From positions 25,420,001 through 25,484,000 of the forward strand of contig NW_024704742.1 in assembly GCF_018977255.1 (NCBI RefSeq): a stretch of DNA of 64,000 nucleotides, read 5' to 3'. Numbering within the stretch: position 1 is the stretch's first letter; every line of letters begins with the position of its first letter. The DNA is from Callorhinchus milii. Taxonomy: Eukaryota. Positions 1 to 12,741 of the stretch are shown one piece after another. The position numbers and the translations under genes were made by a program. A model generated the notes under the pieces. That model was not told the origin of the DNA. It worked only from the letters and a program-made list of their open reading frames with translations, and ran no database searches.

Positions 1-351
1 GGCATCTTTAGAACTGACCACCCCTTTCTGTCTGTGTTTCATTAAGGAGTAGCAGAGCATCCATGCCAGCTGCATCGCCATGGCAGTGCTGAGATAGGCT
101 AAGACATGCTCCTGTGCCACTCCGGCTCTGTGAAACAGCATTGCCAGGGTCAGCACCAGACCCAGCACGAACACATTGACGCCGTACTGAGCACTCAGGG
201 TGGCAGCGCTGCTCAGGGGGTAGTTGTCTGACAAGGAGATGGTAAAACTGCCGAAGCCTCGATCTTCCACCTTGGGGCCGGTCATTGGGTTGTGGTCGGA
301 GGAGCGAGGCTTTCTGTGGCACAAAACCTCCAACCTGCCCTGGTCATCCAT
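1..351 (-). CDS. OTOP1: Otopetrin-1 proton channel, first coding exon (continues past the left edge of the window)
   Basis: The minus-strand frame from ATG 351 reads MDDQGRLEVLCHRKPRSSDHNPMTGPKVEDRGFGSFTISLSDNYPLSSAATLSAQYGVNVFVLGLVLTLAMLFHRAGVAQEHVLAYLSTAMAMQLAWMLCYSLMKHRQKGVVSSKDA. LSAQYG, QLxWMLxY and KDA match the otopetrin-1 N-terminus. Acceptor tttgcag puts the exon start at 391. Syntenic with TMEM128. Absent from the ORF track. Confidence 0.93.
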   Translation of the reverse strand, partial: MDDQGRLEVLCHRKPRSSDHNPMTGPKVEDRGFGSFTISLSDNYPLSSAATLSAQYGVNVFVLGLVLTLAMLFHRAGVAQEHVLAYLSTAMAMQLAWMLCYSLMKHRQKGVVSSKDA

Positions 352-1069
352 CCCCAGCTCTAGCCTCTGGGGTACAAGGACACACTGTGATCTGCAAAGA
401 GAGAGAGAGAGAGAAACATCACTTGACATAATAAGGTAGTGGTTTAATCCTTTCTATCCTTTATTAAAGCTGAACTCATCCAGATAAGCAAGGAATGTTG
501 GTGGTATTTCCCTGACACTGTTAACAGTTTTTTTGAGTCACTATTAACCCAGTAATGACAATAAATTAGTTGCCCATGGATTTAGTTGCAAAGTAATTGG
601 TTTTGAAAGAGGGGAAATCGTTTGCAGATGCCCCTTCAGTGCTGAAAACGTCCACATATTCCTCTGTTTAAAGTTTATAAACTGTGTTGAAGGTTTACTC
701 TGAAGATTTTGAATGGAATGCACTGAGGACTGTAACTCGGGGGTTAAAGGTTTCTATTACATTCCCTAACAAATAATGTTCTTTTCCTTAACTTTTTTTT
801 CGGATCAGAAGATATTTTCAGCCCCCAATTGAAAACAAATTGGGTTTTATTCTGCAGTCTTTTCTCCAGTCTACTGTTTCAAAGGCTCTGGAACTTAAAA
901 CTTCGACCTGCTTTGCTTTCCTTTAAAATAAATTAAAACAGTAAATAGGCGCAGGTTTTGCAATTTATCTTTTTTTTAAAAAAAAACATGAATCATTCAA
1001 ATTAATTCTCATACTATTCCACCTTCCTGCAAATTGCTAAAGTACTGCTACGAGGTTAAATAATCTTAC

Positions 1070-1187
1070 CTGGATATTCACCCCAGCTCTAGGTTTGTGC
1101 AGTCATGGGCAGAGGGCGAGGCTCCACTATTCTCTGCTTGAAAAGAATTGAATGGTTTTACCTGATGCTGATCTGTGTCCTTTTATA
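1070..1187 (-). promoter_or_regulatory. OTOP1: Putative OTOP1 TATA box (1181-1187) and non-coding first exon ending at the donor at 1070
   Basis: Minus strand has TATAAAA at 1187-1181 and a strong donor CCAG|GTAAGA at 1070/1069. The exon holds only a 5-codon uORF (MTAQT*) and is closed in the OTOP1 frame. Confidence 0.55.
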
Positions 1188-3931
1188 CACACCATGTGAA
1201 GCAGTGAGTGTGCACAGAGTGTGTGCACAGAGTGCAGGCGTGGCTGCGACTGCAGTGTTCACGATTTACATGGGGTGTGCTAACCTCATTTGGCAGCTCC
1301 TGACCCTATTCACTGAGGTTTTTGCCCGACTTTCTTTTTGTTGCAATCGTTCACAAATTTGCAGGTTTGCTTGCGCTGCACTTGCATTTCGACTTGCATC
1401 ACTCCCAGACCTATACACACACCTGAACTCTCGTAGCCCAGACTGCAGGCAAGTTAAACCATTGCACACACTTTTTTTTTTAGGCGATTGCATTTTGTGA
1501 AGCAGGTATTGTGTGACCGGTACTTGGGGTTTCATTGAAGTTAATTCTTTTCATTTATTTGGGAAAATCCTAAAAACAATCTTATAATACTAATAATCTT
1601 TGCATTTGATATAGTGCCTTATCGCGGCGTTGAGACGTCTCAAAGGGCTTCACTGAATATACTGTAAAGTGGATTGACTGTGCATTTTGGTGGGTGAAAG
1701 GGGGCACTAAACTTTTACCATTAAGTAACTGATCGGTAGTTAGTTACTGCATTACTGCTGTATTTTACCAATGATGTTGCAAAATGCGTATTACTGAAAA
1801 CAACTAATCCTGCTGTCAAGGGAGTTTTCAGAGATAACATATTGCTTGGATTAAGTGTGGCAAGCCCTGAAGCACTGGATTTCACAGTGGGTTAAGCACT
1901 GCTCTGATGCCTCTAGATTCCAGGCTTTGGCTGCAGCCCAAATGGATTAGATGAAAGTCCCCTTTCTCTGCTGGCTGACTTATGTGCAGTAAAGGGGGAA
2001 TCCATCATCTCTTCTGATGGAGGAATATAAATCAACATTATCATCTTTATTGAGTTAATGTATTCACATATGTTCAAAAACCAGTCAAAGCAGTGATAGA
2101 TTAATTTTATTTGACATATCAGGACATTTATTTTCCCACATATTTTGCTGGGAGACCATACAAAACAATAAATACAAACAGATATACAATGTTGTGTAGG
2201 ATTTAAATCACAGGTAGTTTTTGCATTAATTCAAATCTTCAGATAATTTCAGTTTTATTTCTTATAACTTGTATTCTGTTGTAATAAGAAATGAAAACAG
2301 TTTGTGGTTAAACCAATTAGTATTCCATAAAAGTACTATATAAATTTAAAAGTCTATTACAATTTAGTTCAAAATATATGGCAGTCATATGCATTTTATA
2401 TACTATCTAAGGGCCCACATACCATTTTAGGCTAAAGAAAAGGTCACATTTATCCATTTTAAGTAGAAATTTCAAGCACATCCTGTTCAGTTCATTCAGA
2501 CATACAGAAACCAAAGGTAAAAGTTTATTTAATTGCTCCAAATACGATCCTTCAGAATATCTCCTCAAAACATGAATCAACCCTGACTGAGAAAGCTAGG
2601 CAAGTAACTTCCTCCCAGGCTTCTGCTGCTTTGTAACCAGTCATAAAAAGATGTGAAGAGCACAATGTGAGTGTTTTCCTCCCCATAATGATGCCCCAGA
2701 GCTCTGCACAGATCAACAGACTAGGAGGAATCATAAGTGGAAATCTAGGTCCCAACTACCACATCTCCTTCAAATTGGCCTGTCTGTTTGTGTGTTGCAT
2801 ACAATGGCCTAAAAATGTGAATGTAAAGCTATTGCTTTGGAGTCTGAAATTGGTGTTTTTTGGCACATTTAATGGTGTTTTACATATAGATTTTGTGAAG
2901 TTCTTTATTATATTGTTGTGTTGTCTTGTTGGCAGAATCATGCAGAGCTGTGAAGCTTTATTTCATTAGGTAGAGCACAGTAAACCAGATAGGTTCTCAT
3001 GACAATATACTGTTCCAACATTTGTAAAACTCAAAGTCAATGTCGCTGGCACTAAAGCTCTGGATTTGATTAGCTTCAATCATTTGGGAGACAACTGCCA
3101 GAAGTTGAAAGAAAAGCTTATTTACAGCAAATATCAAGATGAATTCTGAAATGTACAAAAATCAAAATATTATTAGAAAGTCCTTAACAAAATAAACAAC
3201 CACATTGTGTACTTACATAGCACCATTCACAGGACAAAGTCTTAAGTGTTTTACACAAACAATGTGGCAACTGAATAGGTTGAGATGGGAAATTGAGGAT
3301 GCTGAGTAAAGGAAAATTGTAATCGTGACTGAAAATTCAGCAACAGATGTTGAGATGATGGGACTGAGTAATGAACAGTCGGCCTAAGTTGGAGGGGCCA
3401 AGGGAACAAGGTGGGCAAGAGCAGGAAGGAAATTGAAAATTAGGACATTGATCTTGAAGTCGATTCAATGAGCGACCAGGAGCCGGCAGAGCTTGGTAAT
3501 GATGTGGGTAAAGGGAGCCTTTTGTGTAGGAGGGGGGATATGTACTGTAGAGTTAAAAATAATAACCTGTATTTGATATAGCATCTTTCATGTCAGAAAG
3601 ACATATCAAAGCTCTCCACAGTATCTACTGTCAACTGTGCATTATGTCGAAGCCAATTTGAGTGCAGCAATAAGCCAAAAAATAGCCATGAAGTGAATGA
3701 CTAATTTTATCTAGGGGACTGTTGGTCATAATATCAGGAGAAACCCCCTTCTGTTCTGCGTATGACTGACTTTGCATAGGGTAGATGTAGAAGGGCCAGC
3801 AAATCTAGTTGTGAGGTGACAAAAGCATGGATGAGGGTTGCAAATGTATTGAGGGCAAGATATGAGCATGTACAATTATAGTCATAACAATTGCAAAAAT
3901 AATATATATTTTGTGAATTTACCTTAGGTTA

Positions 3932-4031
3932 TCATCCCAGGACCGATACAAACATTACAACACCCATAAATTGGGTGAAAAGGATGAAAGGTGTAAAGAA
4001 AGACCAAATAGGCCACAGTGCAATGTTAAAG
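3932..4031 (-). CDS. TMEM128: TMEM128 last coding exon
   Basis: Acceptor ttttacag; reads (C)[32 protein letters not shown], matching the TMEM128 C-terminus; phase consistent with the previous exon. Confidence 0.95.
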
Positions 4032-6028
4032 CTGTAAAAAAGAGGTTGCATTCATTAATTTATTACCTAATGCTCTAGTTGTTCTAGTTTTGCTAACATT
4101 ATCCACATAATTTGATACAAAGTCTATTTCATAAGTGAGAATATTAGTGTTCTCAAGACAGAAAAACTATTGTTGAGATATTGGAACAAAACACTAGTTT
4201 CATCTCCTGATATTCATTAGGCAAATATTTCAGCATCTACAAAAGAAAATTTAATAATAATGGTTGCAGTTGATATAGCGCCTTATCAATTGAGCCAGGC
4301 TGATAAAGCAGATTCAATTTTGATCTAGTTTTTAAGCTACCTTGTTTCTACCTTGGAAATTCTGGTGCTACCCATGGTCAATGGAAGTCACCAGCCATTT
4401 ATTGGCAATACCTTCCTGCAGTTGATTGAAATTTTAAAGCATCAAGACTTGGAGCATGAAAATAATTTTCTAGCCAATACTTGAAATTGAACATTGGAAT
4501 CTTTGAAATTACAATAAAGAATGAGGCTATTTATCCCAATGAGCCCACACTGGCCCACACCCCTTTTTTTTGTATATAAAAATTTTAAGCATAAAAGGGG
4601 AAAATCACATATTCCTCTGGACAGGGAAAAAAAACTTCTTGAATAGAAAAATAGAAATTACATTTTTAAATTAAAATTTAAAAACTTTTTAAATGTAAAA
4701 ATAGAAAGGCACTCCTGTGATCTATGTCCGACTTAAGCTTGGTACATATAGCTAAACAAATTATTTCAAAAGGTTTAGTTTAAAACAAGAGAAAAGTTTT
4801 ATGTTCAAATTACTATCCATGTAGAAATTACCATGCTATTGCAGCTGAAAACTAAAAATATTAAAGCATTCATAATTTTATAGCATTGACAACACATCAA
4901 AATTGTAATAAATGGAGTCTCACCAAGAGTGCTCTTTTACAAATCAAATGTTCTTGAGAATTATAATTAACTTTTCGTTCTTTGTCCTGTCTATGTTTAT
5001 AGATAATAAACAATATATTCTGAACAATTCATACATTTCAGACAAAATAATTAACAAATGGGAGTTATATAACAGAGTCATGAATGGAGGAAATTGTTTT
5101 GATGTATTTGGTCTCGCCATAGAAGATCACTTGAGAGGATGACAAAACAAGAACTGAGTACACAATAGCTTTATTTATACACAAGCGTTTATTTCTTTGG
5201 CAGGTCAAAGGTTGCCAACCTCTCAACCTCACTCAGCAACAAAACAAAATCTCAAATTACTTAAGTTTAATGCAGGAAAAAGATCAGTTATTCTCTAGCA
5301 AAAGAAGAATAAAACATCCAAAGTAATTAGTCTGGTGCACTCAGAGTAGAAATGGGAAATTTAGTCTACAAATTACTCAAAAAAGGTACACTGTTGGTAA
5401 AATAATCAGATCTCAAATCAAAGTGGAAATAAAAGCCTTTAATGTCAACAGGAAATTAATGTAAAGTACTAAACACGTGTAGAAGTGTAAAGAGTACTTC
5501 CCCAAGTTATAAGTAATTGGGGAGGAGGGAATGATTATTCCTAATTTTTATTCAGTTTTTCGAAAAGGATACCCAACATTTCAGACCTTTGGTACTTCTC
5601 TACTCCATTCAATTGTGAATCCCATGAAACAGTATCAAGTCTACACTTATCTTCCCAATGACCCAACTTTTCCTAATGCAAATCATAAATTGCTGATCCA
5701 CAATTCTTCCCTGTGAAACTGATCCTCTAATATCAGTTTATGGGAAGAGTGTAGGAAAGAGAGACTGAAAATGTTGCATTTCTTTAGAGAGGAAAAGCAG
5801 TGGAAAAAGAGAAGTATATTTTCAACCTTTTCAACATGGTTTATACGGGAGAAGCTACGTTATATTCCTACTTTCTGTGCACTTTCTTTTCTTATTTACT
5901 TCTATGCAAATAAAAAGTGGAATGTTCTGCCCAGAAAGCCACAGAGGCTGAATCAGCAGGAATGTTTAAGAGAACGATTAGCAGATACTTGGGCAGTACA
6001 GGTATTAGAGGGTATGAGGAAAGACATT

Positions 6029-6340
6029 GTGGAGTCCTATAGCTCAGTGGTTAGAGCACTCGCCTCGCAAGCGAGAGACCGGGTTCGATTCCTGGCAGGG
6101 CGAATCCTTGGGCAAGTTTCCTTACTCCACACGCCTGATAATAATCCCTCAAGAAAAAAAAACAATAAATTGGTCACTTCAATCCACGACTATTTGTGGG
6201 ACGCTGCTGTGCGCAATTGGCTTCCGCGTTTTACCCACAAAAATAGTCAATTCACTTTACAGTATATTCTGTGAAGTGCTTTGAGATGTCTAGAAGACGT
6301 GAAAAGCGCTGTATCAAATGCAAGGATTATTATTATTATT
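6029..6340 (+). mobile_element. Full-length tRNA-Ala-derived SINE with L2-type tail
   Basis: Pol III A box TAGCTCAGTGG and B box GGTTCGATTCC, anticodon arm with CGC; body TTGGGCAAGTTTCC...TGCTGTGCGCAATTGGC; hairpin tail ending in (TTA)n. Homologous copies at 25345, 31439, 34266, 52717 and 58630. Confidence 0.9.
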
Positions 6341-6511
6341 AGGATTAATAGAATTGCCAAGATGTTCCAACAGTTGGAACAGGCAAGATGGTCTGAAATC
6401 CTGTTTTCCTAAATTCCTATGCTTTATAATCCCTCATTATCTATCTATCTGTCTGTCGGTCTGTCTGTCTATCCATCTATCTATATACACACACACATAC
6501 ACACATACATA

Positions 6512-6690
6512 GAGCAGGATTGGCGAGGATGATTCCAGTCGAGTGGCTTACCGACACTCACTGCTGAGGTTCACACATGAACAATGGACACTTCAGTGGG
6601 GTATTAGATGGCAACCAATGCCCTGAAACCATACCCCAGTATGAGGAAGCTGGTGAAGAGGTGCAGAAGCAGTCGGGAGAAAAATTAGAA
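6512..6690 (+). mobile_element. AmnSINE2-like ancient SINE fragment
   Basis: GACACTCACTGCTGAGGTTCACACATGAACAATGGACACTT...ATACCCCAGTATGAG resembles the AmnSINE2 3' region as recalled. A related minus-strand fragment lies at 51815-51975. Confidence 0.55.
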
Positions 6691-7409
6691 AATAATTGGA
6701 TGCACTAAGTTTTTTTTAAATTTTTATTCTGAAACCTCTTTTTTCCTCTAACATACGGAACAGTCACTACACTTTACAAGACCCGTGTGCAGCGTTTTGA
6801 GACAGTCAAAATAAGGCACTATATCAATTGCAAGGATTATTATTACTACTATTTTATTATTCTGTCTGATGGAAGACAGAAAAGCAAACAGAATCAAGGA
6901 AACATTGAAACCTTGAACAAAATAAGCAATTTGACACTTAACGAAACTATTTGTGGAAGCTTTTTTTTTAAAAACAATTATTAGCAATTTTATGTATTTT
7001 ACTTTTAAAAATGCACAGCCATTAACAACAGCATTTTCTATTGTAATCAGGTAAGGTTCAATGTTGCAGAAAACTGCTTAAATTATTAAGATTAGAATAT
7101 GATGTAGAATATAGCATTCAGCGACTGTATTTCAACCTCCAATATCAGTGGTTGGTGGATAATACCTTAATAATAGTTTATCTTTCATTCAAACTTAAGT
7201 TTGAAATATGATCATAATAAGATTTATGTATCTTATTACAGTAATTAATATAAACAAGAAACAAAGAGATGTTCAGAATTTAAATGCAACCTAAGCACAA
7301 CAAATTGTTTAAATTACAGCAGTTTATTGACTGCTTCTGAAAGCCTAAATGGAAAACCGACCTCCATTTACAAATCACTGTATAATAAAATACTGATGTT
7401 CAAACTTAC

Positions 7410-7571
7410 CAAACTGCTGCTGCAATAAAGGACGCTGTAGCTGAAGGAACTAGAGTAGGGTTATATTGCTCATATTCTCCAATCCCTCTGTACCACTCCA
7501 GATAGAATATGCAGTAGAGTGCAATGACCAAGCTGATAATGAGCAGCGAACTACCCAAGAGGAACCAACGA
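7410..7571 (-). CDS. TMEM128: TMEM128 internal coding exon
   Basis: 162 nt, AG/GT bounded; reads [53 protein letters not shown]. Confidence 0.95.
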
Positions 7572-7736
7572 CTGATTTAAAGGAAAAAAGAAAAGTATCA
7601 ATTCAAGAAATACAGCAACAATGCGTACTTATATAGAGCCTTTCATACGGGTAGCGTCTCAGATGGCTTAACAGTGGCGGAGGTTGATACCGGGCCAGAA
7701 GAGAAATAGCTATGACCACTGCAGGATGAATTAGAT

Positions 7737-8090
7737 GTCAGCCTGTTTCAGTTGGTAATATTCTCACCACTGTCAAAAGGTTGTGGGTTCAAGCCCCATG
7801 TCATGACTTTGAAGTCATAGTGCACGGGGAAGAGCTGCATTGTCTGAGCCAACGTTCGAATAAGACATTAAACTGAAATGTGGCTGCCAGGTCAGGTGGA
7901 CGTTAATGATGCCATGGTATTATTCACAAAGAGAAGTGAGTTTCTCCTAATGTCCTGGCCAACAATCCTCCAGATAAAATTGGTTATTCATTTCATGGCT
8001 GTTTATGGGACACTGCTGTGTGGAAAATGGTTGCAAGATATAGTCACTACACTTTACAGAAACTTTATGAAGCACTTTGAGACATTTGAT
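7737..8090 (+). mobile_element. Older Deu-domain tRNA SINE (SacSINE1-like)
   Basis: Degenerate tRNA head (GGTTGTGGGTTCAAGCCCC) followed by a Deu-like core GACATTAAACTGA...CAGGTGGACGTTAATGATGCCATGG...TGTCCTGGCCAACA and the shared tail. Confidence 0.7.
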
Positions 8091-8350
8091 GTTATTGGCA
8101 TCATATCAATTTCTTTTGGGTCAGCTGGGTGTCTGACAATGGCGGAAAGCCATCACCATACTTATGAGTATCCAAACCAAACACAGTTAAGTAATAATAA
8201 TCCTTGCATTTGATACAGCGCCTTATCACGTCTTCAAAATGTCTCAAAGTGCTTCACAGAATATACTGTAAAGTCAATTTTGCAATGTTACATCATGGAA
8301 CATTCAAAGTAAAAATGCATAAGACATATTATCAGAAGTAAAAGATTTAC

Positions 8351-8495
8351 CCTTCTATTCGGTAATCTGTTTTTATTGCAGTAAAGAATTCAACATAGTA
8401 CGTCACGCCAACTGAAGCCAAAATCCAGAATATAGAGTGCACATTAAATCGAGGAAGTGGTTTCTCCTTCTTTTTCTCGTCCTCATCTTCTAAAT
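8351..8495 (-). CDS. TMEM128: TMEM128 internal coding exon (second coding exon)
   Basis: 145 nt, AG/GT bounded; reads [47 protein letters not shown], containing the conserved KEKPLPR-N-HS-FWILAS motif. Confidence 0.95.
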
Positions 8496-10109
8496 CTAAT
8501 CACAAATAAAAGATAATTATTAAAAACTATTTTTACAGCCTCCAATAATATGCTAAAGTAAATACTTATCCAGTTTATTTTGTTATTTTTGTTTTAAAAG
8601 GAGCAGGGTTTAGTGTAATGTCCTCATATTTATGGCTTTTTAAACTTATGCCCTCTAGTTCTGATCCTCATGGCCCAGTCAAATACTTTACCTCTCCTCT
8701 TTGTTTTAAAGCCTTGGGTCTTGTCCCTCTTCAATATTTTTATGAGAGTTGAGATCTGCAAGTCTCTCCTCATAGTTGAAATCCCAGAATTATCCTTGTT
8801 GCTCTATCATTTCTAATTCTTCAAAGTTCCTTTGAAGATTAGAAATTGTAGCGTGAAGAACAGCCCACAATATTACAGATATGGTCTATTCATGGTTAGA
8901 ATAATTTATTTTGCCTTAATAGTTAAATGTTGCTGCTGGAATTGAGCACTGTTTTACTGAGCCAGGAAATAAACTTAAGTAGGCTAATGAAAAGTACGAA
9001 GACCCAGGCTCCACTGTCTTCCTACTGATTGATTTCAATATTCTCATCCTCAACTATAAGTCCCTTCGTGCCCTACCACCTCCTTTGATCACCTCCCCCC
9101 TTCTCTGTTCTTGCTTTCCCTCTGCTTGACTCTCACTTACTGGATGTCCCTGCCACCATAAATGATTAAGCTTTAAGATGCTACATCCCTAACCTCTGGA
9201 ATTCCCCCCAATAATATTAATAATCCTTGCATTTGATATAATGCTTTTCACATCTTCTAAACGTCCCAAAGCGCTTCACAGAATATACTGTAAAGTGAAT
9301 TGACTGTATATTTATGGGCGAACGCGGCAGCCAATTGCGCACAGCAGTGTCCCACAAACAGTCATGGACTAAAAGTGACCAAGTTATATACTCCGTCTCA
9401 CCCTCTCTCTATCTGTCTTCAAGTACCTCCTTAAAACCCATCTTTTCAACAATGCCTATGGTTACTTCCACCCTTCTCCTGTTCCCTCCACTCGGCATCA
9501 GTCCCCATCACAGTAAAGCTCTTCGAGACTTTGCCCTGCATGAAGGGCCCTATATAAATGCACATTATTGTTGCTGTAAACCAAGACCTGGTCTGCCTTT
9601 TAGGTGGAGGTCAATAATCCCATGACACTATTGAAAATGAGAAAGGAGTGAGACTCAGTGTCCTCGCTAACAACTCCCCAGATTAAAAGAAAGGTTCATT
9701 CACTTAATTACTGGTTGTGGGACTTGTTGTGGGCAAACGGGCTGCCGCTTTCACCTACAAATACACATCACTACTCTTTACAGAAACTTTGAGAAGCTCT
9801 TGGAAGGCATTTAAAGTTATCAGTATATATCAAATGCAAGGAATCTTATTAATTGCCACGGCAACCCTTAGATTCAGATTCAGAATACTTTTTGCACAAG
9901 TCAATCATACTACACTTTATGCCATGTGATTAGCCGATGGAAAATCCAAACTTAACAAAACTGTACTTTAATTGACTAAACAGTGCATTAACAAAGGGAT
10001 TTTTTTTAATATGAAAATCTAGTGATATCTGTGACAGCGGCTTCAGTCGGTCTTGTGTTCCTAACTCCAAAAGAAAACAAGTGAAACAACACTCTTCTCC
10101 GTCTTAGTA

Positions 10110-10700
10110 ACCCTCTCCTCTCTTTCATTCTCTTTTCTCTCTCCGGTCTCTTTCACTCTCTCCTCTCTCTTTCACTCTCCTCTCTCCTCTCTTTCACTAT
10201 TCTATCTCTATTCTCTCTCCCCTCTTTGTTCTCCTCTTCTTTTAATATTCTTCCCTCTCTCTCACTCTCTTTATTCTTCCCTCTCTCTATTCTCCCCTCT
10301 CTCTTTCACTCTCTCTATTCTCCCCTCTCTCTTTCTTTCACTCTCTCTAATCTCCCACCCACTCCTCTCCCTCTATTCTACCCCCTCTCTTTAACTCTCT
10401 CCACTTTCCCCTCTCTTTCACTCTCCATTCTCCCCTCCCTCTTTCACTCTCTCTATTCTCCCCTCTCTTTCTTTCACTCTCTCTAATCCCCCCCCTCTCT
10501 CTCTCTCTCTATTTTCCCCTGTCTTTCACTCCCTCTATTGACCCCTCTCTCTCTTTCGCTCTCTCTATTCTCCCCTCTCTTTCATTCTCTCTATTCTCCC
10601 CTCTTTCACTATCTCTATTCTTCTCCCTCTCTTTTACTTTCTCTATTCTTCACTCTCTCTATTCTCCCCCCCTCCTCTCTCCATTTATTCTCTCTCATTC
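10110..10700. repeat. CT-rich low-complexity region with a degenerate ~28-bp unit (TCTTTCACTCTCTCTATTCTCCCCTC)
   Basis: Directly visible pyrimidine tract with a recurring unit. Confidence 0.9.
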
Positions 10701-10789
10701 TGCTGCTGGCAGGGCCTCTCTCTCTCCCAGTTTCTCACTCTGGTAGCTGGGCCTCTTTCGCTCTACCTCTCTCTGTCTTTCACCCTGGT

Positions 10790-12709
10790 GTCTGGGCCTC
10801 TCTCTCTCTCTGTGACTCTCACCCTGGTGTCTGGGCCTCTCTCTCTCTCTGTGTCTCTCACCCTGGTGTCTGGGCCTCTCTCTCTCTCTGTGACTCTCAC
10901 CCTGGTGTCTGGGCCTCTCTCTCTGTGACTCTCACCCTGGTGTCTGGGCTTCTGTCTCTGTGACTCTCACCCTGGTGTCTGGGCCTCTCTCTCTCTCTGT
11001 GCCTCTCACNNNNNNNNNNNNNNNNNNNNNNNNNNNNNNNNNNNNNNNNNNNNNNNNNNNNNNNNNNNNNNNNNNNNNNNNNNNNNNNNNNNNNNNNNNN
11101 NNNNNNNNNNNNNNNNNNNNNNNNNNNNNNNNNNNNNNNNNNNNNNNNGTCTGGGCCTCTCTCTCTCTCTGTGACTCTCACCCTGGTGTCTGGGCCTCTC
11201 TCTCTGTGTCTCTCACCCTGGTGTCTGGGCCTCTCTCTCTCTCTGTGACTCTCACCCTGGTGTCTGGGCCTCTCTCTCTCTGTGTCTCTCACCCTGGTGT
11301 CTGGGCTTCTGTCTCTGTGACTCTCACCCTGGTGTCTGGGCCTCTCTCTCTCTCTGTGCCTCTCACCCTGGTGTCTGGGCCTCTCTCTCTCTCTGTGTCT
11401 CTCACCCTGGTGTCTGGGCCTCTCTCTGTGACTCTCACCCTGGTGTCTGGGCCTCTCTCTCTCTGTCTCTCTCTGTGACTCTCACCCTGGTGTCTGGGCC
11501 TCTCTCTCTCTCTCTCTCTCTCTGTGACTCTCACCCTGGTGTCTGGGCCTCTCTCTCTCTCTCTCTCTGTGACTCTCACCCTGGTGTCTGGGCCTCTCTC
11601 TCTCTCTCTGTGACTCTCACCCTGGTGTCTGGGCCTCTCTCTCTCTCTCTCTCTGTGTGACTCTCACCCTGGTGTCTGGGCCTCTCTCTGTGACTCTCAC
11701 CCTGGTGTCTGGGCCTCTCTCTCTCTGTCTCTCTCTGTGACTCTCACCCTGGTGTCTGGGCCTCTCTCTCTCTCTCTCTGTGACTCTCACCCTGGTGTCT
11801 GGGCCTCTCTCTCTCTGTCTCTCTCTGTGCCTCTCACCCTGGTGTCTGGGCCTCTCTCTCTCTCTGTGACTCTCACCCTGGTGTCTGGGCCTCTCTCTCT
11901 CTCTCTCTCTCTGTGACTCTCACCCTGGTGTCTGGGCCTCTCTCTCTCTCTGTGCCTCTCACCCTGGTGTCTGGGCCTCTCTCTCTGTGACTCTCACCCT
12001 GGTGTCTGGGCCTCTCTCTCTGTGACTCTCACCCTGGTGTCTGGGCCTCTCTCTCTGTGACTCTCACCCTGGTGTCTGGGCCTCTCTCTCTCTCTCTCTC
12101 TCTGTGTGACTCTCACCCTGGTGTCTGGGCCTCTCTCTCTCTGTGTGACTCTCACCCTGGTGTCTGGGCCTCTCTCTCTCTCTCTCTCTCTCTCTGTGAC
12201 TCTCACCCTGGTGTCTGGGCCTCTCTCTCTCTCTGTGCCTCTCACCCTGGTGTCTGGGCCTCTCTCTCTCTCTCTGTGACTCTCACCCTGGTGTCTGGGC
12301 CTCTTCTCTCTGTGTGACTCCACCCTGGTGTCTGGGCCTCTCTCTCTCTCTGTGTGGCTCTCACCCTGGTGTCTGGGCCTCTCTCTCTGTGACTCTCACC
12401 CTGGTGTCTGGGCCTCCTCTCTCTGTGACTCTCACCCTGGTGTCTGGGCCTCTCTCTCTGTGACTCTCACCCTGGTGTCTGGGCCTCTCTCTCTCTCTCT
12501 CTCTGTGACTCTCACCCTGGTGTCTGGGCCTCTCTCTCTCTCTGTGACTCTCACCCTGGTGTCTGGGCCTCTCTCTGTGACTCTCACCCTGGTGTCTGGG
12601 CCTCTCTCTCTCTCTGTGACTCTCACCCTGGTGTCTGGGCCTCTCTCTCTGTGACTCTCACCCTGGTGTCTGGGCCTCTCTCTCTGTGACTCTCACCCTG
12701 GTGTCTGGC

Positions 12710-12741
<32 letters not shown>

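Noticed and set aside
8-439. ORF-track ORFs 8..322 (-) and 224..439 (+)
   Set aside because: Off-frame and antisense shadows of the real OTOP1 exon.
6031-6105. Functional tRNA-Ala genes (also 25345, 31441, 34268, 52717, and 26960 on the minus strand)
   Set aside because: Each runs directly into the SINE body, lacks a proper acceptor stem and has no adjacent poly-T terminator; they are SINE heads.
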